The notes: generated by a model from the sequence alone, not told the origin. A stretch of 64,000 nt of DNA from Thermoanaerobaculia bacterium (GCA_963666565.1 OY762911.1:480001-544000); one strand, 5' to 3'. Positions 40,766 through 51,258 are shown, numbered from the stretch's first letter. Numbers and translations are program-made.

Positions 40766-41869
40766 TCAGAGCGGCCGGCCCGGCGCCGCCACGAAGACGT
40801 CCCCCTCGCCTTCGTCGTTCACCGTGAAGATCCGGTCGAGCCGGCGCACGGTCGCGCCGGCGTCGAAATCGAGGCACAGGTCCGCGCCGTCCAGCATCCC
40901 GGCGGCGCCCTCGCCGGCGCTGTCCGCGAACAGGACCGCCCAGCGGTCGCCGACGTGGACCAGGTCGCCCGGCGCCGGCGAGTCCTCGCCGGCGGCGCGC
41001 CACGGCGCGCTGCCGTCGAGCGGCGCGAGCTCCCAGGCCAGATCCTCCCAGACGATGCCGCCAGCGTCGAGAATCTCCCGCAGCACGGCGACCTGGCTGA
41101 AGGCGAGCCGGTCTTCCTGGAGTTGCCGGAGCCGGTCGACCGCCCCGGCGCCCCACTCCTCCTCGCCCCGCTGGATCCCGGGAAGACCGAAGAAAGCCGA
41201 AGGGGCGGCCAGCGCGCCCGGAAGCCGCGCCTCGAGCCGGGTCGCGCCGGGGAGGTCCGGCGACTTCACGCGCTGGTCCGGGACCAGGGCGTCTTCGTCG
41301 ACCGCGGCCTCGACCCAGACCTGGTAGCGAAGGGTGCCGAAGTTCCGGTCGATCTCCGGACCGTCGTTCTCGATCCAGCCGTCGAAGTGGGCCTCCAGGG
41401 TGCCGTCGATCGACCAGGCGTTGCCCCACTCGGGCCGGAAGAAGGGCTCGTAGGCGAATCGCTCCAGGTCGCCGCCGTCGTCCAGTTCCCTGAACGGCAC
41501 GCCGTGCTCCACGCTGAACCAGAGCATCCGCACCCACCCGAGTCCGCCGATCTCCTCCGGGGGAAGGGCCTCGAAGGAACGCCCGTCGATCTCGACCCGC
41601 GGCGCGGCGCTGTAGTACACGGGCGCCCCGCCCTCGTCGCCCCCGCGCGGCGCCACGGACAGCACCGCGTGCAGCCGGAAGTCCCGCCCGGCGGCCATCT
41701 CGATGTCGCCCGTCCTCGCGACGCCGTCGCCCCCGACCTCCACCCCGACCCAGGCCGCCGCCAGCGTCGGCGCGCGCAGCCGCTCCGCCCGCGGCAGGAA
41801 CCAGAGGACCGCCGCCGCCACCGCGACGATCGCGGCGACGATCAGGAACAGGAGGCGATTCCCGCGCAC
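40766..41869 (-). CDS. membrane-anchored hypothetical protein
   Basis: 367-aa ORF with an N-terminal transmembrane segment and typical codon usage. Confidence 0.75.
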   Translation of the reverse strand: MRGNRLLFLIVAAIVAVAAAVLWFLPRAERLRAPTLAAAWVGVEVGGDGVARTGDIEMAAGRDFRLHAVLSVAPRGGDEGGAPVYYSAAPRVEIDGRSFEALPPEEIGGLGWVRMLWFSVEHGVPFRELDDGGDLERFAYEPFFRPEWGNAWSIDGTLEAHFDGWIENDGPEIDRNFGTLRYQVWVEAAVDEDALVPDQRVKSPDLPGATRLEARLPGALAAPSAFFGLPGIQRGEEEWGAGAVDRLRQLQEDRLAFSQVAVLREILDAGGIVWEDLAWELAPLDGSAPWRAAGEDSPAPGDLVHVGDRWAVLFADSAGEGAAGMLDGADLCLDFDAGATVRRLDRIFTVNDEGEGDVFVAAPGRPL

Positions 41870-41889
41870 GCCCGGATCCTAGCCGCCCC

Positions 41890-42074
41890 CCGGGTGCGCC
41901 ACCGGGTGCGCCGCCGGGTGCGCGGGTCTTCCGACCCGCCCCCGGGTGAGCCGCTGGGTGCGCGGGTCTTCCGACCCGCCCCCGGGTGAGCCGCTGGGTG
42001 CGCGGGTCTTCCGACCCGCTTCCGGGAAACCCGCTGGGTGCGCGGGTCTTCCGACCCGCTTCCGGGAAACCCGC
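41890..42074 (+). repeat. tandem array of four 40-bp REP-containing units preceded by 12-bp slippage repeats
   Basis: CCGCTGGGTGCGCGGGTCTTCCGACCCGC at 41911, 41951, 41991 and 42031. Linkers are CCCCGGGTGAG x2 then TTCCGGGAAAC x2. Confidence 0.92.
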
Positions 42075-42081
42075 GCCGCGA

Positions 42082-42717
42082 CTAGCTCTCCCGCTCCGGC
42101 AGCACCGAACGGAAGGTCAGGCGATGAAGCGGCGTCGGGCCCAGCTCCCGCAGCGCGGCGCGATGCCGCTCCGACGCATAGCCCTTGTGGCTGGCGAACC
42201 CGAAGCCCGGGTACTGCCTATCGTACGCCGTCATCATCCGGTCCCGGTGAGTCTTGGCGACGATGGAAGCGCAGGCGACGGCGAAGCTCAGCGAGTCCGC
42301 CCGCACCACGGGCACCGCCGGCACCGCGGCGCCGCCCACTTCCACCGGGTCGAGCCTCACCGCGTCGACCAGGGCGACTCCGGGCCGCACGGTCAGCGAC
42401 CGCAGAGCCAGCCGCATCGCCCGGCGCGTCGCCTCGAGCACGTTGACGCGGTCGATCAGGGCCGCGTCGCCCACGCCGGTGGCCCAGGCCACCGCCCGCC
42501 GCTCGATCGTCCGGGCCAGCCGTTCCCGCCGCGGCGCGGACAGCCGCTTGCTGTCGTCGACGCCGGGAATCAGGCAGCCCGGATCGACGACGACCGCCGC
42601 CGCCACGACCGGTCCGGCGAGGCAGCCGCGCCCCGCTTCGTCGATCCCGGCGACGAGGTCGTGGCCAGCCGCGACGAACCGCTCTTCGAGCCCGCGCATC
42701 AGGCGCAGGCGGTACAT
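42082..42717 (-). CDS. rnhB: ribonuclease HII
   Basis: GIDEAGRG, DDSK, ASIVAK and HKGY motifs. Confidence 0.95.
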   Translation of the reverse strand: MYRLRLMRGLEERFVAAGHDLVAGIDEAGRGCLAGPVVAAAVVVDPGCLIPGVDDSKRLSAPRRERLARTIERRAVAWATGVGDAALIDRVNVLEATRRAMRLALRSLTVRPGVALVDAVRLDPVEVGGAAVPAVPVVRADSLSFAVACASIVAKTHRDRMMTAYDRQYPGFGFASHKGYASERHRAALRELGPTPLHRLTFRSVLPERES

Positions 42718-42752
42718 CTCGGCGAAGACGCCGGGGATGCCGGCCGGCGCCG

Positions 42753-43100
42753 TCAGCGGTCGCGGCGCTCCTCGATCCGGGCGGCGCGCCCGCGCAACTT
42801 GCGCAGGTAGTAGAGCTTCGCGCGGCGGACCTTGCCGCGGCGGACGACCTCGATCTGGCCGATCACCGGCGAATGGAGCGGAAAGATGCGTTCTACGCCG
42901 ATTCCGCCCGAGACCTTGCGCACGGTGAACGTCTCCCGCGTGCCGCCGCCGCGCCGGGCGATGACCACGCCCTGGAAGATCTGGATGCGCTCCTTGGCCC
43001 CCTCCCGAACCCGGACGTGGACCTTGACCGTGTCTCCGGCACGGAAGTCCGGCAGGCCATCCCGCACGTACTCCTGCTCAACCTGCTGTAGATCGTGCAT
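42753..43100 (-). CDS. rplS: 50S ribosomal protein L19
   Basis: TFTVRK, GVERIFP and [10 protein letters not shown] motifs. Confidence 0.97.
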   Translation of the reverse strand: MHDLQQVEQEYVRDGLPDFRAGDTVKVHVRVREGAKERIQIFQGVVIARRGGGTRETFTVRKVSGGIGVERIFPLHSPVIGQIEVVRRGKVRRAKLYYLRKLRGRAARIEERRDR

Positions 43101-43232
43101 TTGCGTGTCACCTGTACCTCGGCCGCGAGACGTGCCCCGGCCTGTTGTCTGCTGACGGACTTCACGCCCCTCGTCCTGCGGCCGGCCGCCTTTGGCCTCC
43201 GAACCGCGGACCGCGAAGCGGCAGGGGGCGGA

Positions 43233-43955
43233 TTATCGCCTGTTCGACGCCTCCGGCGCAACCTCCCGGCCGCGGGGGTTCGTTTCCAGCAGGTCCGGCC
43301 GCTTGCGGCGCGTCGCCTCCAGCGCCTGTTCCCGCCGCCAGGCGTCGATGCGCGCGTGGTCGCCGGAGCGCAGCACCTCCGGCACCTCGATCCCCTCCAC
43401 GGTCGGCGGCCGGGTGTAGTGCGGATGGTCGAGCAGGCCCGAGCGGAAGCTCTCGTTCTCGACCGATTCCGGCCGGCCGACGACTCCGGGGAGCTGCCGC
43501 GAAACGGCCTCGACGACGACCATCGCCGGCGCCTCGCCCCCCGAGAGCACGTAGTCCCCGATCGACAGTTCGGAGTCGACGACGAGCATCCGCACCCGCT
43601 CGTCCACCGCCTCGTAACGCCCGCACAGCAGCAGCAGCCGCTCCTCGCCGGCCAGGGCACGGACCTTGGCGTCGTCGAGCCGCTCGCCCTGCGGCGACAG
43701 CAGGATCCGGTGAGGCCGGGGGCCGTCGCCCGAGATGGCGCGCACGGCGTTCAGCCAGGGCGGCGCCGTCATCACCATGCCGCCGCCGCCGCCGTACGGT
43801 TCGTCGTCGACGCTGCGGTGCGGGTCGTCCGTGTAGTCGCGCAGGTCGTGGACGCGCACGTCCAGACGTCCGGCGGCGATCGCGCGGCCGATCAGGCTCG
43901 CCCCCAGGAACTCCCGAAAGACGGCGGGGAAGATCGTTACGACGTCGATCCGCAT
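43233..43955 (-). CDS. trmD: tRNA (guanine-N1)-methyltransferase
   Basis: DDEPYGGG, CGRYE and SIGDYVLSGGE motifs. Confidence 0.97.
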   Translation of the reverse strand: MRIDVVTIFPAVFREFLGASLIGRAIAAGRLDVRVHDLRDYTDDPHRSVDDEPYGGGGGMVMTAPPWLNAVRAISGDGPRPHRILLSPQGERLDDAKVRALAGEERLLLLCGRYEAVDERVRMLVVDSELSIGDYVLSGGEAPAMVVVEAVSRQLPGVVGRPESVENESFRSGLLDHPHYTRPPTVEGIEVPEVLRSGDHARIDAWRREQALEATRRKRPDLLETNPRGREVAPEASNRR

Positions 43956-44485
43956 GTCTCCACCAGTCCCTCCGGCAGGTCGCTCCGGATCAGGCGCTCG
44001 GCCACGTCGATCTCCGGCAGCAGCGCATTGGCGAACGGGACCAGCACCGACCGGACGCCGCTCCCGGACGGCGCCGCCACCTGGAGTAGAACGCCGCCGC
44101 CGTCCTCCACCACTTCGGTGACCTCGCCGAGTTCGCCGAGCGTCCGGTCGACGACCCGGCAGCCGACAAGCTGGAAGTAGTAGAAGGCGCCGTCCTCCGC
44201 CGCCGGCACCTCGTCCTCCGGTACCAGGAGCCGGGCGCCGCGGAGGGCTTCCGCGCCGTCGCGGTCCGTCACGCCGGCGAAGCGGATCAAACGCCTGCCG
44301 CGGTGCGGCCGGCTCGAAGCCACTTCCAGCCGCCGCACGCCGTAGCCGGTCTCGGCGAGGAGCCTGGCGCCGGGCCGGAACCGGTCGGGGTTCTCGCTGT
44401 CCGCCTCCACGAACACCTCGCCCCGCAGCCCGTGCGCCCGCCGAACGGCGCCGACGGTGACCATCTCCGCCGCGTCGGCGTCCAC
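43937..44485 (-). CDS. rimM: ribosome maturation factor RimM
   Basis: AHGLRGE motif, PRC barrel, conserved operon position. Confidence 0.93.
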   Translation of the reverse strand: MDADAAEMVTVGAVRRAHGLRGEVFVEADSENPDRFRPGARLLAETGYGVRRLEVASSRPHRGRRLIRFAGVTDRDGAEALRGARLLVPEDEVPAAEDGAFYYFQLVGCRVVDRTLGELGEVTEVVEDGGGVLLQVAAPSGSGVRSVLVPFANALLPEIDVAERLIRSDLPEGLVETCGSTS

Positions 44486-44486
44486 G

Positions 44487-44732
44487 CTAGGCCGGCTCGA
44501 CGATCTCGACCTCGTAGTACTCGCCGGCTTCGGCGCCGCGCACCTCCAGCAGGGCGCGCAACGAACGGACGCTCCGCCCCTGCCGGCCGATCACGCGGCC
44601 GAGTTCGTCCGGCGCGACCTCCACCTGCAGGACGATCGCGTCCTCCTCCTCGATCTCCTCGACCCGTACCGCGTCCCCGCGATCCACCATCGAGCGGACC
44701 ACGCCAGCGAGTTGATCGGCGACTTCCGACAT
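44487..44732 (-). CDS. khpA: KH-domain RNA-binding protein
   Basis: GRVIGRQGR KH motif, between rpsP and rimM. Confidence 0.9.
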   Translation of the reverse strand: MSEVADQLAGVVRSMVDRGDAVRVEEIEEEDAIVLQVEVAPDELGRVIGRQGRSVRSLRALLEVRGAEAGEYYEVEIVEPA

Positions 44733-44745
44733 CGCCGCGGCCCGC

Positions 44746-45000
44746 CTACGACCCCGCCGCGTCCGCCGCGGCCGCCCGCCGCACCAGGCCGCGGACGGTG
44801 TCCGTGAGCTGAGCTCCCCGCGCCACCCAGTGATCGATGCGGTCCGACTTCAGCCGGATCACCGCCGGGTCCTTGCAGGGGTCGTAGTGCCCGACCTCCT
44901 CGATGACCGCCGACGTCGGCACCTTGCGGCTGTCCGACACCACCACGCGGTAGAAGGGTCTGTGGCGCGAACCCATGCGCCGGAGTCGTATCTTCACCAT
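44746..45000 (-). CDS. rpsP: 30S ribosomal protein S16
   Basis: MVKIRLRRMG..RPFYRVVV motif. Confidence 0.97.
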   Translation of the reverse strand: MVKIRLRRMGSRHRPFYRVVVSDSRKVPTSAVIEEVGHYDPCKDPAVIRLKSDRIDHWVARGAQLTDTVRGLVRRAAAADAAGS

Positions 45001-45106
45001 GTCAGGATCTTCCAAGTCTCGGGACTTCTCCCGGGTCGTTCCGTCGCCCCGTCCACGGCAGAGCCGAAGCCGAGGCAGCGGCGCAGTCTAGCACCACGAA
45101 CCTCCC

Positions 45107-45201
45107 CTGGGTGCGCGCGTCTTCCGACCACTGGGTGCGCGGGTCTTCCGACCCGCTGCCGGCGAAGCCAGCCAGCGAGCCGCGCCGGCCGGAGGCCGGC
45201 G
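45107..45201 (+). repeat. REP doublet, left boundary of the ffh-rpsP island
   Basis: Partial plus full REP, then GCCGGCC-GGA-GGCCGGC. 45147-45201 is an inverted match to 52938-52992. Confidence 0.8.
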
Positions 45202-45254
45202 ACCGCTCTGGCCGCAAGTCCGTACCGCCTCGCCCCGGCCAACCCCGACCCCGC

Positions 45255-45671
45255 TCAACGAACCCGCGGCAACGCGCTCTCCACCTTCCCGGCAGCCACC
45301 ATCAACCGGCCTTCGGCGAACTTCGTCTCGCCCCAGTCGTCAGGACTGTCGAAGAACTCGAGCGCATCCTCACTGAAGGAGTCGAACGAACCACCCGCAG
45401 CCATGTCGCGTAGGACGGTCCGCACCTCCTCCTTGTACGCCAGGTAGGCCTCGATCAGGGTCGAACCGACGCCGGCGACGCCGCCCGGCCTCAAGCCATG
45501 CGCGATGTACTCGCCGCTCGTTTCCTTCGTCACGACCGTCGCGCCACGCATCTCGACGCCCGCGCTCCAACCGTCGCCGAGAACGGCGGCGCGGAACCTG
45601 AACAGGAGGGGATAGACCATCTCGATCCCCTCTTCCCGCCACTTGCCGATCAGGAGTTCGGTCTTGTCCAT
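45255..45671 (-). CDS. hypothetical protein, possibly HicB-like fold
   Basis: 138-aa ORF. YIAHGLRPGGVAGVGSTLIEAY resembles the HicB N-terminal module. Confidence 0.55.
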   Translation of the reverse strand: MDKTELLIGKWREEGIEMVYPLLFRFRAAVLGDGWSAGVEMRGATVVTKETSGEYIAHGLRPGGVAGVGSTLIEAYLAYKEEVRTVLRDMAAGGSFDSFSEDALEFFDSPDDWGETKFAEGRLMVAAGKVESALPRVR

Positions 45672-46938
45672 TTGCGATTCCGCAGCTCCAAGGTGAAGAC
45701 GGCTCAGGATGGGCACGGCCTGCCTACCCGCAGCCAAGCGTCGACTCTACTCCTCCAGGTCGCCGGTAACCGGCCATAGGATCACGCTACCAAGCGCCTC
45801 CGACCTCCCTGCCAACCGTTCCCCCGACCAGATCCTCATGGAGCCATTCGAGTTCATCGAGAAGTGGCGAGCCTCCGAGTTGAAGGAGAGCTCAGCGGCC
45901 CAGGAGCACTTCATCGACCTCTGCCATCTCCTCGGAGAGCCGACGCCAGCCGAAGACGACCCGACCGGCGAGCGCTACTGCTTCGAGCGCGGCGCGAAGA
46001 AGGACTCCGGCGGCGGCGGCTGGGCGGACGTCTGGAAGAAGCACCGCTTCGCCTGGGAGTACAAGGGGAAGGACAGGGACCTCGACAAGGCGTTCGAGCA
46101 GTTGCGCCAGTACTCGCTGGCGCTCGACAACCCGCCGCTCCTCATCGTCTCCGACATGGAGACGATCCGCATCACCACGAACTGGACCAACTCCGTCAGC
46201 GTCACCGAGACGCTCGTCCTGGACGATCTGGCGGACGCGGCCAAACGTCAGCGGCTCAAGTGGGCCATGTCCGAACCGGAGCGACTTCGGCCGGGCCAGA
46301 CTCGGCAGGCCCTGACGGAGAGCGTCGCCGAGACGTTCGCTTCCCTGGCGCAGGCGCTGCGCGACCGGGGCCACGACAGCCACGAAGTGGCGAAGTTCCT
46401 GAATCGGCTCGTCTTCTGCATGTTCGCGGAAGACGTGGACCTGCTGCCGAGGAACCTGTTCACTCGCATGCTGGACGCCGCGCGGAGAGCCCCCTCCGAG
46501 TTCGTCCCCATGACGCGCGAACTCTTCGCGAGCATGGCCGGCGGCGGCCGCTTCGGCGTAGAGACCGTGGCTCACGTCAACGGCGGACTGTTCGCCGACG
46601 ATGACACGTTGCCGCTCGAGAAGATCGAGATCGAGACGGTCCTCGCCGCCGCCCGACTGAACTGGACCGACGTTGATCCGTCGATCCTCGGCACCCTGTT
46701 CGAGCGCGGGCTGGACCCGAGCAAGCGCTCGCAACTCGGCGCCCACTACACCGACCGCGACAAGGTCATGCTCATCGTCGAGCCCGTCGTCGTCCGACCG
46801 CTGGAAGCCGAGTGGAGCGAGGTCAGGAAGAAGATCGCGCTCAAGCTGGAACAGGAGAAGCGCCAGAGGACGATCCCGGCAGCCAGAAGGCGCCGGCGTG
46901 GAGTTGCCCCGTTTTCGCGGACGGTTCGTGTTTAGGGT

Positions 46939-47799
46939 TCAGGCGGCTTCGTAGTCCCGGTGGTAGCCGTTCTCGAAGTTGACGGGCGAGAGGTATCCGA
47001 GGGCCGAGTGACGACGATGCGGGTTGTACCAGCCCTCGATGTAGCGGAAGAGTTCCCTCCTTGCCTCGGCATGGTTCTGGAACTTGGTTCGGTCGAGGAG
47101 CTCGCATTCGAGGCTGGCGAAGAAGCTCTCGGCCATGGCGTTGTCGTAGCAGTCCCCGACCGAGCCCATGGAGAGCCGGATGCCGGCCTTGCGGCAGCGC
47201 TTCCCGAACGCGAGCGAGGTGTACTGGCTGCCTCGATCGGAGTGATGAACGACGCCCTTGTCCGGGCGGCGCTGGGCGACGGCCATGTTCAGGGCGTCCA
47301 CCACGAGCTCGGCCCGCGGCCGGCGGGCCATCGCCCAGCCGACGATCCGGCGGCTGAAGACGTCCAGCACGATGGCCAGGTAGAGGAAACCGCACAGCGT
47401 CGGCACGTACGTGATGTCGGCCACCCAGAGGCGGTCGGGCGCTTCGGCCTCGAACTCCCGGTCGACCAGGTCCGGCGCCGGGCGAGCGGTCTTGTCGCGG
47501 CGCGTCGTCCGCGGCCTCTTGCGGCGGCTTACGCCGGCCAGGTCCGACTCTCGCATGAGTCTGGCGACGCGCTTGCGGCTCGCCAGGACGCCCTCGTCGG
47601 CCAACTGTGCCTGGATACGGGGAGCGCCGTAGGTGCCCCGGCTGGCTTCGTGGATCGACCGAACCCGCTCGGACAGGGCGGCGTCCGCCCGGACCCTGGC
47701 CGACGGGACTCGCTTACGCCACGCGTAGTACCCGCTCGTGGAGACGCCGAGCACTCGAGCCATCGCAGCGATCCGGAACTCGGCCTGGTACGCCCTCAT
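46939..47799 (-). CDS. IS3 transposase OrfB
   Basis: WVADITY, HSDRGSQY and DNAMAESFF motifs. Confidence 0.93.
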   Translation of the reverse strand: MRAYQAEFRIAAMARVLGVSTSGYYAWRKRVPSARVRADAALSERVRSIHEASRGTYGAPRIQAQLADEGVLASRKRVARLMRESDLAGVSRRKRPRTTRRDKTARPAPDLVDREFEAEAPDRLWVADITYVPTLCGFLYLAIVLDVFSRRIVGWAMARRPRAELVVDALNMAVAQRRPDKGVVHHSDRGSQYTSLAFGKRCRKAGIRLSMGSVGDCYDNAMAESFFASLECELLDRTKFQNHAEARRELFRYIEGWYNPHRRHSALGYLSPVNFENGYHRDYEAA

Positions 47800-48104
47800 G
47801 AACCCGTAGACCTCTTGGGCTTTGTCCCCCGGGCGAACCAGGCCGTTGCTTTTGCCAGTATCTCCCGCTCTTCCCGCAGCCGGCGATTCTCGCGGCGCAG
47901 ACGGCGGAGCTCTTCGCGCTCCGCCGTGGTCAGGCCGTCAGCGCGGCGGCCTTCGTCCCGATCCGCCTGCGCCGCCCAGTTACGGATGGACTGCGCTGAA
48001 GGCTCGAACTCGCAGGCGAGTTGGTCCGGGCTCCGCCCGGACCGGACCAGATCCACCATCTGGCGCCGGTACTCTGCCGGGTAACGGGGTCTTGATCTTG
48101 GCAT
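47796..48104 (-). CDS. IS3 transposase OrfA
   Basis: YPAEYRRQMV HTH and EREELRRLRRENRRLREEREIL leucine zipper. Confidence 0.92.
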   Translation of the reverse strand: MPRSRPRYPAEYRRQMVDLVRSGRSPDQLACEFEPSAQSIRNWAAQADRDEGRRADGLTTAEREELRRLRRENRRLREEREILAKATAWFARGTKPKRSTGS

Positions 48105-49296
48105 CGTGGGTACCTCCTCCTCCAAGGATGTGGTGTCCACGAAACCGGGTCAAGCTCAGGCGCGAAGCGGAGCGCCTCCTGCGCCAGTTCCTCGACCGGC
48201 TGCGCACATTCACCGTGCTGGACCCGGCCTGCGGTTCCGGCAACTTCCTCTACTTGGCCCTTCACGCCCTGAAGGACCTCGAACACCGGGTGCAGTTGGA
48301 AGCGGAGGCTCTCGGGAGCTTTCAGCGCCAGTTTCCCGGCGTCGGCCCGGCGAACGTCAAGGGCATCGAGATCAACCCGTACGCCGCCGAACTCGCCCGT
48401 GTCTCGAACGTGCGGCGGCTGCCGGCGAACATGAACGTGGCGTTCATGGGCGACACGAAGGGCGGTCCTTTCGACGTAACGGGCGATCAGGCGCGCGAGT
48501 GGCTCCGGCTGCCGACGAACCCGAACGGCCGGACCAACGCCGACGTTCTGAAGCCGTGGGTGAACGGCATGAATCTCACCCGCCGGCCAGCCGGCAAGTG
48601 GATCGTCGACTTCGGCTGGACGATGTCCGCTTCCGACGCGGCGCTGTACGAGGAGCCGTTCCGGTGGGTGCAGGAACACGTCCATCCGATGCGGCAAAGG
48701 AGCCGCCGCAAGGCGTACCGCCAAACTGGTGGCGGCACATGGAACCGAGGCAGGGCATGTGGAGCGCGTTTGAAGGACTGTCGCGCTACATCGCCACGCC
48801 GGCCGTTGCCAAGCACCGTCTCTTTGCCTGGCTGGACCCTCGCATCTGCCCGGATCATGCGCTGATCGTCATCGCGCGCGACGACGACACGACCTTCGGC
48901 ATCCTCCACAGCCGGTTTCACGAGATCTGGTCGCTTCGTCGAGGCACATCGCTCGGGAAGGGCAACGATCCGCGCTACACGCCCACCACTACGTTCGAGA
49001 CGTTCCCGTTTCCGCCCGAACTGGAACCGGACCTGCCGGCGACCGACTACGAGGCCGACTCCCGCGCCCAAGCCATCGCTTCGGCCGCACGGCGCCTCGT
49101 CGAACTCCGAGACCGCTGGCTCAACCCGCCCGAGTTGGTCGAGTGGGTGAGCGAACCCGTCCCTGGCTACCCGGAACGCCCCGTTCCGCGCAACGACGAC
49201 GCCGCCAAAGCGCTCAAGAGACGAACGCTGGTAGCCGCTGGCGGCCGGCGGCTGGGTCCGTGGGCGGAAGCGGCGGTGTCGAGTGCATGGCGGCGG

Positions 49297-50122
49297 ACAG
49301 GACTCGATCAGTTCCCGAAGCACCTTGATCAGGCAGTTCTGGGAGATCGCCCGCACCGTGCCGACGTGCTCCCACTGGGTCACCTCGTCCACCAGATTGA
49401 CGTGGAAGACGCCCTTCTCGCCGTCCTTCTCTCCCTGGTCCACCGTGTCCACGCGCAGGAAGCCCGGCCGCCCCTTGGGCCGGGGCTTGCGGCGCTCGCC
49501 GATGGCGATCCGTCTCGCGCGGGTCTTCCTGAACGTCGTCCGGCGACGCCTGTAGGTCTTCGACTTGCGCAGGTTGTAGAAGTGCCCGTTGGAGATCGCG
49601 GCCAGCCGCTCGAAGCGCTCGTCGCCGTACTCCTCGTACATCCGCCGCATCACCGCCCGCGTGGCGTGACCGCACCTCTGGCCCAGCGACGCATCGACCT
49701 CGGCCAGCAGGCCGGCGTCCGCCTTGGTGTAGCGCCGGACGAACGCACACGCCGGAACGCCCCGGCGATCCCGGACGCGGCCCGTCTCCCGGTGTTGCCG
49801 CACCAGCCGCTGGACCTGCGGCGGCGACTTGCCCGTCATCTTGACCAGGTAGCGCAGGATCACGCCCTTATCGGCCTTCGACAGACCGTGGTACCGGAAA
49901 CGCACCAGCGTCTCCTCGGCGAACCGGTAGGCCGAGTCCCGGTCCGTGAGCACCAGGTCCACGGACTCGCTGCCGGCCAGAAAGCCGCGCACCTCGTCCA
50001 ACGTCTGCAAGCGGTGAGTCTGTAGAGACAAGATCATCCTCCGATGATCCCCGACAGCCGAATCTCACGATCACTTCTCGTTGGATTGACGACCCCCGCT
50101 CACGATCACTTCTCATTGGACA
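49297..50122 (-). mobile_element. truncated DDE (integrase-core, IS481/ISNCY-like) element; left end intact
   Basis: ORF from ATG 50037 with PGFLRVDTV and VDEVTQWE, cut before the second Asp. Terminus TGTCCAATGAGAAGTGATCGTGAG with a second copy at 50064-50085. Confidence 0.75.
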
Positions 50123-50793
50123 GCGCTGGAGATGGACACGCCACAACGAGACTGACACCATAGACCTAGGATGTAACCGAGACCGGCTTCAAGATCGCGG
50201 CGAACAAGCGTCGCGAACTGGGCCCGTTGTCCAATGGAGGTTGTACATGAAGAAGACCCTGACCTTCGCCGCCATCATCGCCGTAGTGTTCTGTCCGGCA
50301 GGGTTGCCCGCCGTCGGCTATGCGCAAGAGCGTCCCGATGAAGCTTCCGTGCCGGAAGTGCGGACGGTCGATCCTCACGAGGCTCGCCAAGCCCTCCAGC
50401 GGATGATCCACGAAGCGGACGACGACGACATCATCGAGATGTACTACGGTGCCCGCGAGGCGATCGAGAAGAAGCGAGCTCTTGAACACAGGATCAAGAA
50501 GAACCTCCGCAAGTTGAACGAGATGAGACAACGCTTCGAGGAGAGCGACCGCGAGCGCGAGAACCCCGAGAACGCAGCGTTCCGTCTCCCGAACTCACAG
50601 CAGCCGAGCCTCTTTACGTTAGTGGCGCAACCGCATCCGTGGGACAACTGCGACGAGGCCAAAGAGTCTCTGGCAGGCTGCAAGAGCGACTTGGACGAAC
50701 AGTGCAACTTGGCGATGGCCCTCTCTGCCAACGTACGTGACACAGCGGGGATCCCGTTGAATAGTGGAGGGCACACGTTGGCAAGGAGGATCG

Positions 50794-51258
50794 ATGGCGA
50801 GACGAGAGCAGAGACGTTGGGGTGGCCCGGAGCTCCCGGCCCCGGGGGGTGAGGAGCGGAGCGACGAGGCCCCCGGGGCCGGCGCGTCGCCCGCGGGGGG
50901 TGTTCCCGACCCGGAGGTCGTGGCGAAGCCGACCAGACGGCAGTTCACGGCGGAGTACCGGCTTCGGATTCTGGAGGAGGCGGACCGATGCACGGACCGC
51001 GGCGAAGTGGGCCGGCTGCTTCGGCGAGAGAATTTGTACAGCTCGCACCTGGCCAACTGGCGCAAGGCGCGGCGCGAGGGCGCGCTTTCCGGTCTGCGGC
51101 CGAAGAAGCGGGGCCGCAAGCCGACCGAGGCCAACCCTCTGGCGCCGAAGGTGAAGCGGCTGGAGAGGGAGCTCGCCGCCGCCCACACGATCCTGGACGT
51201 GCAGGGAAAAGTTGCAGGGCTGCTGGGATTCAGCCTCGAAGACGGGAAGGACTGCTGA
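50794..51258 (+). CDS. IS3 transposase OrfA
   Basis: Same motifs as copy 1. Confidence 0.88.
   Translation: MARREQRRWGGPELPAPGGEERSDEAPGAGASPAGGVPDPEVVAKPTRRQFTAEYRLRILEEADRCTDRGEVGRLLRRENLYSSHLANWRKARREGALSGLRPKKRGRKPTEANPLAPKVKRLERELAAAHTILDVQGKVAGLLGFSLEDGKDC

Larger units (their letters stand above)
46899..48158 (-). mobile_element. IS3-family insertion sequence (1260 bp, TG..CA ends, 4-bp TSD GGCG)
   Basis: Inverted repeats TGGAGTTGCCCCGTTTTCGCGGAC / TGAGCTTGACCCGGTTTCGTGGAC, with GGCG at 46895-98 and 48159-62. Confidence 0.93.
45838..49230 (+). pseudogene. MmeI/YeeA-like type IIL restriction-modification fusion, inactivated
   Basis: WADVWK..FAWEYK nuclease, GAHYT, DPACGSGNF and RYTPTTTFETFPFP motifs. 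Interrupted by an IS3, with an internal deletion near 48406, a frameshift near 48722 and a lost C-terminus. Confidence 0.88.

Noticed and set aside
41911-42070. CRISPR array
   Set aside because: Spacers are only 11 bp and duplicated, the repeat is dispersed singly elsewhere, and no cas genes are present.
43101-43232. Structured leader RNA upstream of rplS
   Set aside because: A GATAAT box and small hairpins are present, but no known family could be recognised by eye.
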